Positions 16,429-27,736 of a DNA stretch of 32,000 nucleotides are shown here, piece after piece. How positions within the stretch are numbered: the first letter of the stretch is position 1; each line of letters begins with the position of its first letter. The notes under the pieces were generated by a model, which had not been told where the DNA came from, did not search any database, and saw nothing but the letters and a program-made list of their open reading frames with translations. The stretch is from assembly GCF_023746595.1 (NCBI RefSeq), contig NZ_CP080572.1, positions 985,890-1,017,889 of the forward strand, written 5' to 3'. The stretch is from Thermococcus argininiproducens (lineage in GTDB: Archaea; Methanobacteriota_B; Thermococci; Thermococcales; Thermococcaceae). The position numbers and the translations under genes are program-made.

Positions 16429-17145
16429 ATGGTTAAGGCAATCTCGGTAGATATAGACGGAACGATAACGTACCCAGATAGGAGATTACATGAAAAAGCT
16501 GTTGAAGCCATAAGACTAGCAGAGACTCTTGGGGTACCTGTTATGCTCGTCACTGGGAATAGTGCATGTTTTGCTTATGCTACAAGCATTTTAATTGGCA
16601 CGACTGGCCCATTTATTGCTGAAGATGGGGGAGTGATAGGGGACAGGAAAAATAATCGTATTTTTCTTGGGGACATGGGTGATTCGATGATTTTGTGGAG
16701 TGAACTGAAAAAACGTTATCCTAATGCTGAAATGAGTGATACGATGAAATATGGAGAAAGACGGGCAGGTCTTGTAATAAAGAGAACGGTACCTGTAGAA
16801 GTCGTTAGGGCCATTATAGGGGACTTGAATTTAGATCTCATAGCTGTGGACAGTGGATATGCTATTCATGTAAAACAGCCCCATGTAAATAAAGGAGAGG
16901 GAATAAAGAAAGCATGTCAAAGTTTGGGCATAACTCCAAAAGAAGTCGCACATATTGGTGATGGAGAAAATGATCTTGATGCTTTCAGGGTTGTAGGGTA
17001 TAAAGTTGCAGTGGCCCAGGCTCCAGAGAGTCTTAAAAAGAAAGCAGATTATGTCACAAATAAATCTTATGGGGAAGGAGGAGCAGAAGGTATTTTGCAT
17101 ATTTTGAAAAAGTTTGGATATTTGGAGGACTATTACCCTAAGTAG
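16429..17145 (+). CDS. Phosphoglycolate phosphatase-type HAD hydrolase (subfamily IIB, archaeal)
   Basis: [16 protein letters not shown] and [11 protein letters not shown] form the HAD IIB (Cof-like) pattern typical of archaeal PGPase. Confidence 0.8.
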   Translation: MVKAISVDIDGTITYPDRRLHEKAVEAIRLAETLGVPVMLVTGNSACFAYATSILIGTTGPFIAEDGGVIGDRKNNRIFLGDMGDSMILWSELKKRYPNAEMSDTMKYGERRAGLVIKRTVPVEVVRAIIGDLNLDLIAVDSGYAIHVKQPHVNKGEGIKKACQSLGITPKEVAHIGDGENDLDAFRVVGYKVAVAQAPESLKKKADYVTNKSYGEGGAEGILHILKKFGYLEDYYPK

Positions 17146-17894
17146 TATTTGTTTAGAATCTCTCTGAATTCTTCTGCGGTGTTTCTAACATTTTCTGCAA
17201 ATATTATTGCTCTTGACACGTTTACTAAGATGTCTCTCCCCTTTAATTCTTCAAGGATTTTTGGGTTTCCTCCCTGTGTTCCAATTCCAGGAATTAGCCA
17301 TGGGAGAGTCCCACTTTCGTGGGAAACTTTTTTTATGTAATCCTCTTTTGTAGCACCAACAACAATTCCCACTTTTTTGGGATAGGTGCGTTCAAGCTCT
17401 TTTGAAAGTTCAAGCACTCTTGGATATACAGATATTTCGAGCTCATGTGCAGACTCATTACTAGTTAAGAGAAGAATGAACACATGTCCTTTTTCTAAAA
17501 ATGGAATTATGGCATCTCGTCCCATGTAGGGATTTACAGTTACAGAGTCTACTTTTAGTTTGTCGAAATAAGCCTCTGCATAGGCTTTTGCAGTATTTCC
17601 TATGTCTCCCCGCTTGGCGTCCAGAATTATTGGAACTTTTGTATCTTGTTTTATTAGTTCTACTGTTTCTTCTAAGGCTTTGTATCCTCTCCAACCAAGT
17701 TTTTCATAGAAAGCAATGTTTATTTTGTATGCACATACGAGATCTGCGGTTTCTTTTATAACATGCTCATTGAATTCTGTAATATTCCTGAATTTTTTGG
17801 GAATCCTGTCTATATCACTATCCAAACCTACTACAAGGATAGAATTGTTCTTATCTCTAGCTTTTCTGTATTTCTCAAGAAACACTGAATCCAC
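17133..17894 (-). CDS. pyrF: Orotidine 5'-phosphate decarboxylase, long (type 2-like) form
   Basis: ILVVGLDS and [16 protein letters not shown] are present, and the protein is about 250 aa. No ATG start is available. The choice is between the GTG at 17894 and the GTG at 17885, which lies 5 nt after GAGGTGG. Confidence 0.85.
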   Translation of the reverse strand: MDSVFLEKYRKARDKNNSILVVGLDSDIDRIPKKFRNITEFNEHVIKETADLVCAYKINIAFYEKLGWRGYKALEETVELIKQDTKVPIILDAKRGDIGNTAKAYAEAYFDKLKVDSVTVNPYMGRDAIIPFLEKGHVFILLLTSNESAHELEISVYPRVLELSKELERTYPKKVGIVVGATKEDYIKKVSHESGTLPWLIPGIGTQGGNPKILEELKGRDILVNVSRAIIFAENVRNTAEEFREILNKYYLG

Positions 17895-18804
17895 CTCTGT
17901 GGGCTATTCCAATTATGTCCCTAAATCTTTTTATCTTTTTCCGCTTGAGAAATGCTTCAATCCCACTTAAGATTGTTGTAGGGCTCTGTGGATCTACCAT
18001 TACAGCCGTTCCTATTCCTAAAAGTGATGCTCCTGCCATAGCATATTCGAGAGCATCTTGCCAGTCCATAATTCCGCCTATACCTATTATTGGTATATCC
18101 AATACCTCACTCGTTTTAAATACTCTTGCAAGGGTTATTGGTTTTATAGCTGGCCCACCTAAGCCTCCTGTTTTAAGTTTGAGTACTGGTAAGCCAGTTT
18201 CAACATTTATTCTCATGGCTTGAATACCATTTCCAATAGTTAATCCATCTGCTCCTGCCTCTGCAGCCGCTTTTGCAATCTCTATTATATCTGTGACATC
18301 TGGAGCAAGTTTGACTATTATTGGCTTATTTGTTAACTCTCTGGCAGTTTTCACGACTTTTTGTGTAAGTTTCACGTCTTCTGCCCAACGTCTCTTTCCC
18401 TTGATATTAGGACAGGAAAGATTAAGTTCGATGAGTGGTATTTCTTTTATCTTGTCCATCTCTTCTACTAGGAGTTGCCATTCCTCAAGACTGAATCCAG
18501 CTATACTACCAATCTTTATGGTATTAAGCTTATTGAGTTCGGGCACGATTTCTGTGATAAATCCTTTAATACCTGGGTTTTGGAGTCCTATGGAATTTAT
18601 GATTCCTCCATACGCATCTACGAGTCGTGGAGGTGGATTTCCCTCTCTAGCTTTCACTGTAATCGTCTTTAGGGTTATTGCACCAACTTTTGAGAAGTCT
18701 AAGTACGGTTGGAGCTCAAAACCAAACCCTGCAGGCCCAGAGGCCAGCACTATTGGGTTTTTAAACTGTATTCCGAATACTTCAATGCTTAAATCCACTC
18801 CCAT
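17875..18804 (-). CDS. pyrD: Dihydroorotate dehydrogenase 1B, catalytic subunit
   Basis: MGVDLSIEVFGIQFKNPIVLASGPAGFG...NSIGLQNPG...LNLSCPN...GGI is typical of PyrD. The ATG at 18804 is preceded by GAAAGGAGGAGATAAC. The track start at 18903 is rejected. Confidence 0.92.
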   Translation of the reverse strand: MGVDLSIEVFGIQFKNPIVLASGPAGFGFELQPYLDFSKVGAITLKTITVKAREGNPPPRLVDAYGGIINSIGLQNPGIKGFITEIVPELNKLNTIKIGSIAGFSLEEWQLLVEEMDKIKEIPLIELNLSCPNIKGKRRWAEDVKLTQKVVKTARELTNKPIIVKLAPDVTDIIEIAKAAAEAGADGLTIGNGIQAMRINVETGLPVLKLKTGGLGGPAIKPITLARVFKTSEVLDIPIIGIGGIMDWQDALEYAMAGASLLGIGTAVMVDPQSPTTILSGIEAFLKRKKIKRFRDIIGIAHRGGFSVS

Positions 18805-19526
18805 GTTATCTCCTCCTTTCTGAATAAGGGGCCATCTTTGCAGACGAGCTTCACACCCTCTATAGTCTTCAGGGCACAGCTCTTGCACGTTCCAACCCCA
18901 CATCCCATTACAGCTTCAAGAGATACATACGCATTTTTAGGCAAGTTTTTTAGCATTGGAATAGGACCGCATGCTATTATTCCAACTTCCTCTGAAATTA
19001 GCTCGTTAAGAGCATCTACAACAGTATGTCCGCTTTCTTCCTCTATTACGAGATGTTTCTGTTCATTTTCATTAAAGAGTTTTCTTATATGTGCTTCTTT
19101 GAATCCATATAACTTTGTATATGTTAGCTCTGGATGTAGTTCAGAAAAGAAGTTTAGTGGGGAAATTCCACTTCCTCCTCCAACCAGAATGTACCGTTTC
19201 GTTAAATCTATTGAGCTAATGTAGGGATTTCCATGAGGTCCTCTTACATAGAAAATTTCTCCAATAGGACTTGAAAATATTCTCCCTGTTAGTCTTCCAA
19301 CGCGCTTTATGAACAATACGAGTTCTCTATTCTTATATGAGTATATGGAGAATGGTTTCGCTAAAATTGGCTCGTCTGGAGCTTTAAGCATTACAAATTG
19401 CCCTGCATCTGGGTTTTCTATCTTTTCCTGAAGTTTGAAAATAAAAAATCCATAGTCGCCACTTATTCTCTTTTTCTTAAGTTCAGCTTCAATCAATCCT
19501 ATCCCCCCTGTACACAATTTTGCCAT
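18789..19526 (-). CDS. pyrK: Dihydroorotate dehydrogenase 1B, electron-transfer (FAD/2Fe-2S) subunit
   Basis: KPFSI (FAD binding), GGGSGISP, and the C-terminal cluster CGPIPM...MGCGVGTCKSCALK...VCKDGPLF are present. The ATG at 19526 overlaps the pyrC end by 38 nt. A TTG at 19496 is an alternative start. Confidence 0.88.
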   Translation of the reverse strand: MAKLCTGGIGLIEAELKKKRISGDYGFFIFKLQEKIENPDAGQFVMLKAPDEPILAKPFSIYSYKNRELVLFIKRVGRLTGRIFSSPIGEIFYVRGPHGNPYISSIDLTKRYILVGGGSGISPLNFFSELHPELTYTKLYGFKEAHIRKLFNENEQKHLVIEEESGHTVVDALNELISEEVGIIACGPIPMLKNLPKNAYVSLEAVMGCGVGTCKSCALKTIEGVKLVCKDGPLFRKEEITWEWI

Positions 19527-20754
19527 TTTTAATCGTTAATTCAATAACTCCTGGAAGGGTTTTGTTTAAAAATGGTGTATTTTTACCTTTTGAAAAGAGA
19601 GTCTCTTCATTAACCCTCCATGTTTTGCTTGGATCGAGTATCACAACATCTCCGGAATATCCGGGGATAATGTCTCCTTTAAGACCCAAGTTGAAAAGTT
19701 GGGCTGGTTTCCAAGTAACTTTCTCCAAAAGAACCTTGAAGGGGATTTCGTATTTCTCGGCTATAATGAAAAGTGAAGAGAGGAGGGTCTCGATACCACT
19801 TATTCCAAATGGGGCCTCTTCTATGTTTGTAGATTTTTCTTCTTTTGAATAAGGTGCGTGATCAGTAACTATTATATCAATTGTACCATCTAAGAGGCCC
19901 TTTATAAGCTCTTCTTGATCTTCTTTTCTTGGAAGTGGAGGATTAACTTTTTTAAAAGGAGATCGGTCTCTTAAATCCTCATCAGTAAAAAGTAGATGGT
20001 GATGAGTTACCTCGGCTGTTACTGGCACTCCTCTTTTCTTCGCGTCTCTTAGAATTTTGACAGAAGCACTTGTAGATAAGTGTTGGACATGGATGTGAGC
20101 TCCAGTATAACGAGCAATCTCAATATCCCTTGCAACAGCTATTGATTCAGCAATATCTGGGATTCCACTTATCCCGTAAGCCCTTGAGAATTTACCTTCC
20201 CTTATACTTCCCCCAGATAATTCTGTTATCTCTGCATGGTCAGCAATTGGCTTCCCTACGGCTCTTGCAAGCTGCGCTGCCTTGAGAAACACTTTAAAAC
20301 TCTGGGGGGTTGTTCCATCATCGCTAAATGCAACTACGTGTGGAGCTAGGGTTTTAAAATCTACAAGATCTTTTCCATATCTCTTTTTTGTTATTGCTCC
20401 TACTGGGAGAATATCGATAAGCCCCACTTGTTGGGCTCGTTTTTTTACATAATTAATGCTTTCAATACTATCTAGCGGAGGATTCGTGTTTGGCATTATT
20501 GCCACAGTAGTAACTCCCCCGTGGACAGCAGCTTTTGAGCCACTTTCTATAGTCTCCCTATGTTCATAACCTGGTTCTCTGAAATGAGCGTGCATGTCTA
20601 TTAAGCCAGGAATCACGAGTTTGTCTCCTGCATCTATAAACTCTCCTCTTTCTTTAGGCTTATCGTGCTGGACTTTTTTGATTATTCCATTTTTTATCAC
20701 AATGTATCCTTTTCCTTGATAGCTGTGAGATAGTATCTCGCCTCTAATTATCAT
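19489..20754 (-). CDS. pyrC: Dihydroorotase (long, bacterial-type class I)
   Basis: The metal-binding motif is GLIDMHAHFREPG. It continues ...ADHAE...HVQHLST...VTDHAP. The protein is 421 aa. Confidence 0.92.
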   Translation of the reverse strand: MIIRGEILSHSYQGKGYIVIKNGIIKKVQHDKPKERGEFIDAGDKLVIPGLIDMHAHFREPGYEHRETIESGSKAAVHGGVTTVAIMPNTNPPLDSIESINYVKKRAQQVGLIDILPVGAITKKRYGKDLVDFKTLAPHVVAFSDDGTTPQSFKVFLKAAQLARAVGKPIADHAEITELSGGSIREGKFSRAYGISGIPDIAESIAVARDIEIARYTGAHIHVQHLSTSASVKILRDAKKRGVPVTAEVTHHHLLFTDEDLRDRSPFKKVNPPLPRKEDQEELIKGLLDGTIDIIVTDHAPYSKEEKSTNIEEAPFGISGIETLLSSLFIIAEKYEIPFKVLLEKVTWKPAQLFNLGLKGDIIPGYSGDVVILDPSKTWRVNEETLFSKGKNTPFLNKTLPGVIELTIKNGKIVYRGDRID

Positions 20755-20763
20755 GTTTAGTCC

Positions 20764-22170
<1,407 letters not shown>

Positions 22171-22211
22171 TTTTTTGTTAACATATTTTTGGAAATGTAG
22201 GGGTGGTTTAC

Positions 22212-22766
22212 ATGGAACTGTCAAAAGAAAAGGATCTTTTGATTGACCTGATCTTCAAAGAGGGTGCTATTGAATTTGGAAACTTTGTTCTTAGCTCAGG
22301 AAAACAAAGCAACTATTATATTAATATTAAAAAACTTATAACAAATCCTCAAGCCTTAAAGATAATTGCTTCTCTTATAAAAGCTAAAGCAGAGAGTTTT
22401 AGTCTTGAGTATGACAAAATAGCAGGTCCAGAACTTGGGGCAGTCCCCATTGCAGTTTCATTGGCTTTAATAACTGATAAACCTCTTTTAATAGTACGTA
22501 AAAAGAAGAAGGATTACGGAACGGGAAAGCAAGTTGAGGGAGATGTAAAAAGAGGGGATAGGGTCCTTCTTGTAGAGGATGTTACAACAACTGGGGGGAG
22601 TGTACTTAGAGCAGCTAAGATTTTGGAGATGGAGGGTGCTAATATAGTGGCTATCATTGTGGTTGTTGATCGGGAGGAAGGTGCCAAGCAAACTCTGGAA
22701 AAAGAAGGTTACATGTTAATTCCCTTGGTAACAGTTGGAGAGCTCTTTAAATATAGAGAAAAGTGA
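22212..22766 (+). CDS. pyrE: Orotate phosphoribosyltransferase
   Basis: [17 protein letters not shown] is present, with the PRPP-binding loop [13 protein letters not shown]. The ATG at 22212 is 6 nt after GGGGTGG. Confidence 0.93.
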   Translation: MELSKEKDLLIDLIFKEGAIEFGNFVLSSGKQSNYYINIKKLITNPQALKIIASLIKAKAESFSLEYDKIAGPELGAVPIAVSLALITDKPLLIVRKKKKDYGTGKQVEGDVKRGDRVLLVEDVTTTGGSVLRAAKILEMEGANIVAIIVVVDREEGAKQTLEKEGYMLIPLVTVGELFKYREK

Positions 22767-22779
22767 AGTAAATAAGGGA

Positions 22780-22992
22780 CTAAAAATAATCTTCAAGAGT
22801 TTTTGCTTTAATCATTATTGCGGCTTTTTCGTTTCCGTAGAATATTTCAACAAGTCCTTCTGATTCCAGACTTTTTAATGTATAGAGAAGCCATGGCATT
22901 GGGGTCTCCAGTTCTTCACTCAACTTTTGTAAAGAAGTCGCCTTCTTTTTTGTCACTAATAGTTTGTAAATAATGTCTTTTTTGACAACCAT
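22780..22992 (-). CDS. Small winged-helix protein (about 70 aa)
   Basis: MVVKKDIIYKLLVTKKKATSLQKLSEELETPMPWLLYTLKSLESEGLVEI has a wHTH pattern. The ATG at 22992 is preferred over the longer track ORF. Confidence 0.55.
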   Translation of the reverse strand: MVVKKDIIYKLLVTKKKATSLQKLSEELETPMPWLLYTLKSLESEGLVEIFYGNEKAAIMIKAKTLEDYF

Positions 22993-23133
22993 TCTGAAGA
23001 CACCAAATAATATATTGTTTTTGTTTCTAATAAAGATTTCTTGCCATGGTGTTGACATTTTGACAAGTTAGAGGAGAAATTATTCTCTTTTTTAGACGGC
23101 ACATTTTTATAGGGATATTTTAAACTTTGACAC

Positions 23134-24393
23134 ATGCGAGTGGAGATAAAGAGGCTAAGTCCCGATGGATTTGGGGAAACTGAGGTTGGAGAAAAGAAGA
23201 TACTAGTCCCTTTCACTGTTCCAGGGGATATAGTTGATATTAGGAAGTGGCATAGGGAAAAAAGAAAACTTGTAGCCCATGATTATGAGATAGTCGAGAC
23301 ATCTTCTTCTAGAATTAAACCGAAGTGTGGATATTTTGGCATTTGTGGAGGTTGTTTATTACAACATCTTCCTTATAAAGAGCAGATAGGGTTTAAAGAA
23401 CAGAAATTATTCGAGCTTTTACAGATTCAAGTTGATGTGATTCCATCTCCTAAGATATATGGATATAGGAACAGGGTTGATATTGCAATAACAACCAGGG
23501 GTATTGGGTTTAGAAAAAGAGGTACTTGGTGGAATGTTGTTGATATAGAGAAGTGCGATGTGTTTGGGAGTAAAAGTAAAAAAGCTCTAAAATCCCTAAG
23601 AGAACTCATTGAAGACTATAAATTGGCAGTATGGGATCTAAAGAAAAATACGGGCTTTCTAAGGTATATTGTATTACGAGAGGGCAAATTCACCGAAGAG
23701 CTTATGATAAACTTGGTGACATCCGAAGGGGAGCTTCCTGAAAGAATTTTTGAATACTTTGATTTTGCGACTTCTCTTTACTGGAGTGTTAACGATACTA
23801 AAAGTGATGTGTCTTATGGAGAACCAAGGAACTTTTGGGGAGAGGAGTTTATTAGGGAGAAGTTGGATGATGTTACATACTTTATCCATCCAAATTCATT
23901 TTTCCAAACAAATTCATATCAGGCTGTTAATCTTGTAAAAAAGGTTAGTGAATTTGTAGAGGGGGAGAGAGTTCTTGATCTCTACTCTGGAGTCGGAACC
24001 TTTGGAGTTTATTTAGCAAAGAGGGGTTTTCAAGTGGAAGGGATTGAAGTGAATCCTTTTGCCGTAGAAATGGCCAATAAAAATGTTAGAATAAACAATG
24101 TGAATGCTGAATTTAGAGTGGGCGTTGACAAAGATGTGAGAAATCTGGGAGTTTATGATACTGTTATTGTGGATCCTCCTAGAGCGGGTCTTCATCCAAA
24201 GCTCATAAAGAAACTGCTAAGGGATCTTCCTGAGACACTAGTTTATGTCTCATGTAACCCAAAAACCTTCTCTGAAAACTTGGAAAAGCTTAAAGAGAGT
24301 TATCTCATTGAGCAAATAGTGGGCCTTGATATGTTTCCTCATACTCCCCATGTTGAAATTATTGCAAAACTAAATTTGAAAAGCAAAATATAG
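23134..24393 (+). CDS. RumA/TrmA-family RNA (uracil-5)-methyltransferase (TRAM domain, Cys cluster, SAM methyltransferase)
   Basis: The N-terminal TRAM-like region is LSPDGFGE...VPFTVPGDIVDI. The Cys cluster is CGYFGICGGC. The SAM motif is VLDLYSGVGTFG, followed by VDPPRAG and SCNP (catalytic Cys). I cannot tell from sequence whether the target is tRNA U54 or rRNA. Confidence 0.85.
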   Translation: MRVEIKRLSPDGFGETEVGEKKILVPFTVPGDIVDIRKWHREKRKLVAHDYEIVETSSSRIKPKCGYFGICGGCLLQHLPYKEQIGFKEQKLFELLQIQVDVIPSPKIYGYRNRVDIAITTRGIGFRKRGTWWNVVDIEKCDVFGSKSKKALKSLRELIEDYKLAVWDLKKNTGFLRYIVLREGKFTEELMINLVTSEGELPERIFEYFDFATSLYWSVNDTKSDVSYGEPRNFWGEEFIREKLDDVTYFIHPNSFFQTNSYQAVNLVKKVSEFVEGERVLDLYSGVGTFGVYLAKRGFQVEGIEVNPFAVEMANKNVRINNVNAEFRVGVDKDVRNLGVYDTVIVDPPRAGLHPKLIKKLLRDLPETLVYVSCNPKTFSENLEKLKESYLIEQIVGLDMFPHTPHVEIIAKLNLKSKI

Positions 24394-24444
24394 GGTTCAA
24401 AAAGTTAATATACATGTTTGATAAAACAACGGTGAGGTGAGTTT

Positions 24445-24870
24445 ATGTTAGACGAACGAGATAAGGTCATAATTGAAATGTTGACAAAAGATGCAAGGAT
24501 GCCTTTCACAGAAATAGCAAAGACCTTGGGTATAAGTGAAACGGCAGTCAGGAAAAGAGTACGGGCATTAGAGGAGAAGGGGGTTATACGTCAGTATACT
24601 ATTAAAGTGGATCCACAAAAACTCGGTTATAATTTGATAAGCCTTACTGGCGTTGATACAAAACCGGAAAAACTTTTTGAAGTTGCGGAAAAACTGAAAG
24701 CCTTTGAGTTTGTTAGAGAATTATACCTCTCAAGTGGGGACCACATGATTATGGCAGAAATATGGGCAAGAGACGGGGAAGACTTAGCAGATATAATGTC
24801 AAATAAAATAGGAAAAATTGACGGGGTTATAAAGGTTTGTCCTTCCATAATCTTAGAGCGCCTAAAGTAA
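24445..24870 (+). CDS. Lrp/AsnC-family transcriptional regulator
   Basis: The HTH is [47 protein letters not shown], followed by a RAM/ACT-like C-terminal domain. The protein is 141 aa. Confidence 0.9.
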   Translation: MLDERDKVIIEMLTKDARMPFTEIAKTLGISETAVRKRVRALEEKGVIRQYTIKVDPQKLGYNLISLTGVDTKPEKLFEVAEKLKAFEFVRELYLSSGDHMIMAEIWARDGEDLADIMSNKIGKIDGVIKVCPSIILERLK

Positions 24871-24872
24871 AG

Positions 24873-24880
24873 CTTTTAAA
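24873..24880 (+). promoter_or_regulatory. Putative TATA box of tRNA-Gly
   Basis: CTTTTAAA lies 26-33 nt upstream of the mature tRNA 5' end, preceded by purine-rich AAAG. Confidence 0.45.
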
Positions 24881-24905
24881 CCTTTTTTGTATTATTCTTC
24901 GTTGA

Positions 24906-24983
24906 GCGGTGGTAGTCTAGCCTGGTCTAGGACACCGGCCTCCCAAGCCGGTGACCCGGGTTCGAATCCCGGCCACCGCACCA
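24906..24983 (+). tRNA. tRNA-Gly (anticodon CCC), with genomically encoded CCA
   Basis: Hand-folded cloverleaf. The acceptor stem pairs GCGGTGG with CCACCGC. The anticodon stem pairs CCGGC with GCCGG around the loop CTCCCAA, giving anticodon CCC. The T arm is CCGGG-TTCGAAT-CCCGG. The discriminator is A24980 and CCA is at 24981-24983. A T5 run at 24989-24993 follows. Confidence 0.93.
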
Positions 24984-25025
24984 TGCACTTTTTCTATTCT
25001 GGAGAAGGGGGGCAAGTTGGAGGGA

Positions 25026-25295
25026 TTAGCTTACCATTTCAATGACATCCGTATCTTCGTTCCCAAACACATAGAATCTTAGTTCGATGATTTCTCCAGT
25101 AGACTTGCGTAGCTCCCAAACTTCATAAAGTCTATCTTCAGTTTCTTGCCTCTTTGAAAAACTTCCTCCTTCTTTATAAAATTTGTTTAATTCTTCGTAA
25201 ATGAAATTACTCAACTGTTCTTTATCTCCTATTAGAAGAGTAAGTTTTTTGAGTTTCCCATTGACTATCTCCTCCCTGACGATTACATAGACCAT
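25026..25295 (-). CDS. Hypothetical small protein (89 aa)
   Basis: MVYVIVREEIVNGKLKKLTLLIGDKEQLSNFIYEELNKFYKEGG... is the translation. The ATG at 25295 has AGGTG 8 nt upstream. I recognise no motif. Confidence 0.5.
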   Translation of the reverse strand: MVYVIVREEIVNGKLKKLTLLIGDKEQLSNFIYEELNKFYKEGGSFSKRQETEDRLYEVWELRKSTGEIIELRFYVFGNEDTDVIEMVS

Positions 25296-25410
25296 ATACC
25301 ACACCTAGAATCTTTTCATATTACATTCACAATTTTTATGGTTTCTTCAAATATAAATAATTTTCTTTCAAAAGAGTTGAAGAAGAGTCTCTGTTAATAA
25401 GAGTTTTATT

Positions 25411-26574
25411 TCATTTTTCTGACGTCTTAACTGTTTTGATAGAGGGGGCTTTTGAATAGTAAACCCATTTTAGTAGGGGAGGTGTTAAAATCGTAGTCAC
25501 GAATACCATGAATATGGCTATTGTTAAGGCGTCTGTACCAATTACACCACTTGCTAGGGCTATTGTAAGCATTGCAAGCTCAACACCAAGTCTAGGGATC
25601 ATTCCAACTCCAATTCGTAGGGAAGCACTGAAATCAAAACCTGCTAGATACGCCCCGGCTCCACACCCAATGACTTTACTCATTATTGCGGCAATAGTGT
25701 ATAAAATCGCGAAAAGGCTAGCATGTAAAATATAACTGAGTTCAATTCTCATTCCCACTTCTACAAAGAAAAGGGGAATAAACAGAGAGTAACCAAGAAT
25801 GCTTACATGATCTTCAACTTGCTTTCGATAGTTTGTCTGCCCAATAGTTAGTCCTACTAAATATGCTCCTAGAATAGAGGCTAGGTTTAAATGTTCGGCC
25901 ATGTAAGCAAAGATTATTAGAAAGACTATTGCGAATGCTGTCGTAGATTCAGGCAAGTCTATGCGGGAGATTCTTCTAAAAGCCTTTTCTGCAAAAACGG
26001 GGCCGAAATACAGAAAAACTGCTAGGAATCCACTAACCTCAATAATAATCTCAAGGATAGTTTTATAATCGATAGTTCCTTCACGGAGGAGAGATATTAT
26101 TACAGTTAGGACAAGTATTCCTAATACGTCATCAACAACTGCAGCAGCCAAAATAGTTGTACCTTCTCTAGTTCTAAGTTTCCTAAGCTCCATTAGGACT
26201 TTCACAGTTATACTGACACTTGTTGGGGTCATTATTGCACCATAAAGGAGAGCTTCGTGGAACTCTACAAATGGATATGCAACTAAAAATCCAAGTATAA
26301 AGGCGAATGCTACTCCTATTCCAGCTACGAGGACACTTGGCTTTCCAACTCGCTTAAATTCGGTAAGGTCGCTTTCAATTCCTGCTAGGAATAAGAGCAG
26401 GAGAACTCCAAGGTTAGAGAACTCTCTAATTATTTCATTGCTTTCTGCAAAAAGCCCTATGAGTAATCCGCCTAAAATTTGTCCGAGGACTACAGGTTGG
26501 CCGATTTTTTCAAATACCCACCCAAGAAGTTTAGCCACTGCAAGCATTAGGGCAATCACAAGTATTGTCTCCAT
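25411..26574 (-). CDS. Monovalent cation:proton antiporter, CPA2 (Kef/NapA-like) family, paralog B
   Basis: Polytopic membrane protein with LGQILGGLLIG, a conserved ...AAAVVDDVLGI... segment and about 12 hydrophobic segments. It starts 1 nt after the paralog A stop. Confidence 0.85.
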   Translation of the reverse strand: METILVIALMLAVAKLLGWVFEKIGQPVVLGQILGGLLIGLFAESNEIIREFSNLGVLLLLFLAGIESDLTEFKRVGKPSVLVAGIGVAFAFILGFLVAYPFVEFHEALLYGAIMTPTSVSITVKVLMELRKLRTREGTTILAAAVVDDVLGILVLTVIISLLREGTIDYKTILEIIIEVSGFLAVFLYFGPVFAEKAFRRISRIDLPESTTAFAIVFLIIFAYMAEHLNLASILGAYLVGLTIGQTNYRKQVEDHVSILGYSLFIPLFFVEVGMRIELSYILHASLFAILYTIAAIMSKVIGCGAGAYLAGFDFSASLRIGVGMIPRLGVELAMLTIALASGVIGTDALTIAIFMVFVTTILTPPLLKWVYYSKAPSIKTVKTSEK

Positions 26575-26575
26575 A

Positions 26576-27718
26576 CTAATCCCTCGAGAAGGCCCATTTT
26601 AAGAGGGGTGGTGTAACAAATGTGGTAATTATTACCATCGTAACCGGAATTGAAAAGATACCTTTGTCAAATACCCCTTCTGTTAGTGCGACATTGGCCA
26701 TAATTAAAGCAACCTCCATTCTGGGAACCATTCCTACACCCACTTTAAGAGCGTCTTTTGGACTAAATCTGGCTGCTAAGGCTCCAACACCACAGCCGAA
26801 TATCTTCCCTGCGACTGCTATTATTGAATAAACTATTGCGAAGGATCCTGCATGTAAGAGAATACTCAGGTCAGTGTTAATTCCAATCCCAACGAGGAAA
26901 ACAGGGACAAACAGGGAGTATGAAAGGGTTATTATTCTATCGGTTATTCTCTTTGCTTCATCTGTTTGGGCTATTAAAACTCCTGCTAAATAAGCTCCCG
27001 TTATTCCTGCTATTTTAAACTGTTCAGCTATATAGGCGAAGATAAGTGTTAAAGCAAGAGCAAATGCTGTTAAGGTTTCTGGCAAGTCGATTCTCTCTGA
27101 AAGCATTAAAATTTCTTTGATAACAGGTTTTCCAACGAGCCAGCTTATTATGAAAAATAGAATTATTTCTCCGATTAATATTCCAAGATCTTCTACATAT
27201 ACATGTCCTTTTCTATGCATGGCTATCAATGTGGTAAGCACTATAATTCCTAATATGTCATCAACAACTGCAGCAGCCAAAATTGCTGTTCCTTCTTTTG
27301 TTCGGAGTCTTTTCATTTCCATCAAAATACTTGCAGTTAGTCCAACACTAGTGGCTGTTAAAATACCTGCTAGGAATAATGCCTCCATCTTTTCATATCC
27401 AAACCCTTCAGAAACAAAGTATCCTAGTGCGAAAGGTACTGTTACTCCTCCTATGGCCACCAGAAAAGCGGGAAGTCCAACGCTCTTGAATTCTTCAACG
27501 TCTGTTTCAAGGCCAGCAAGGAAAAGTAATAGAACTATTCCCATTTCACTTATTAAATGAACCCCTTCAGAATAGCTTACTATACTAAGAATAGAAGGGC
27601 CAATAAGCATTCCTCCAATAAGTTGCCCAAGAGCTCCAGGCATTTTTACTTTTGTAGCAATATAGCCAAATAGTTTGGCCACTATCAGGATCACTGCAAG
27701 TTCAAGGAACACATCCAT
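26576..27718 (-). CDS. Monovalent cation:proton antiporter, CPA2 (Kef/NapA-like) family, paralog A
   Basis: LGQLIGGMLIG and ...AAAVVDDILGI... are present, and the protein is colinear with paralog B along its whole length. GGAGATGA lies upstream of the ATG at 27718. Confidence 0.85.
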   Translation of the reverse strand: MDVFLELAVILIVAKLFGYIATKVKMPGALGQLIGGMLIGPSILSIVSYSEGVHLISEMGIVLLLFLAGLETDVEEFKSVGLPAFLVAIGGVTVPFALGYFVSEGFGYEKMEALFLAGILTATSVGLTASILMEMKRLRTKEGTAILAAAVVDDILGIIVLTTLIAMHRKGHVYVEDLGILIGEIILFFIISWLVGKPVIKEILMLSERIDLPETLTAFALALTLIFAYIAEQFKIAGITGAYLAGVLIAQTDEAKRITDRIITLSYSLFVPVFLVGIGINTDLSILLHAGSFAIVYSIIAVAGKIFGCGVGALAARFSPKDALKVGVGMVPRMEVALIMANVALTEGVFDKGIFSIPVTMVIITTFVTPPLLKWAFSRD

Positions 27719-27736
27719 ACTTTCATCTCCTGCTGA

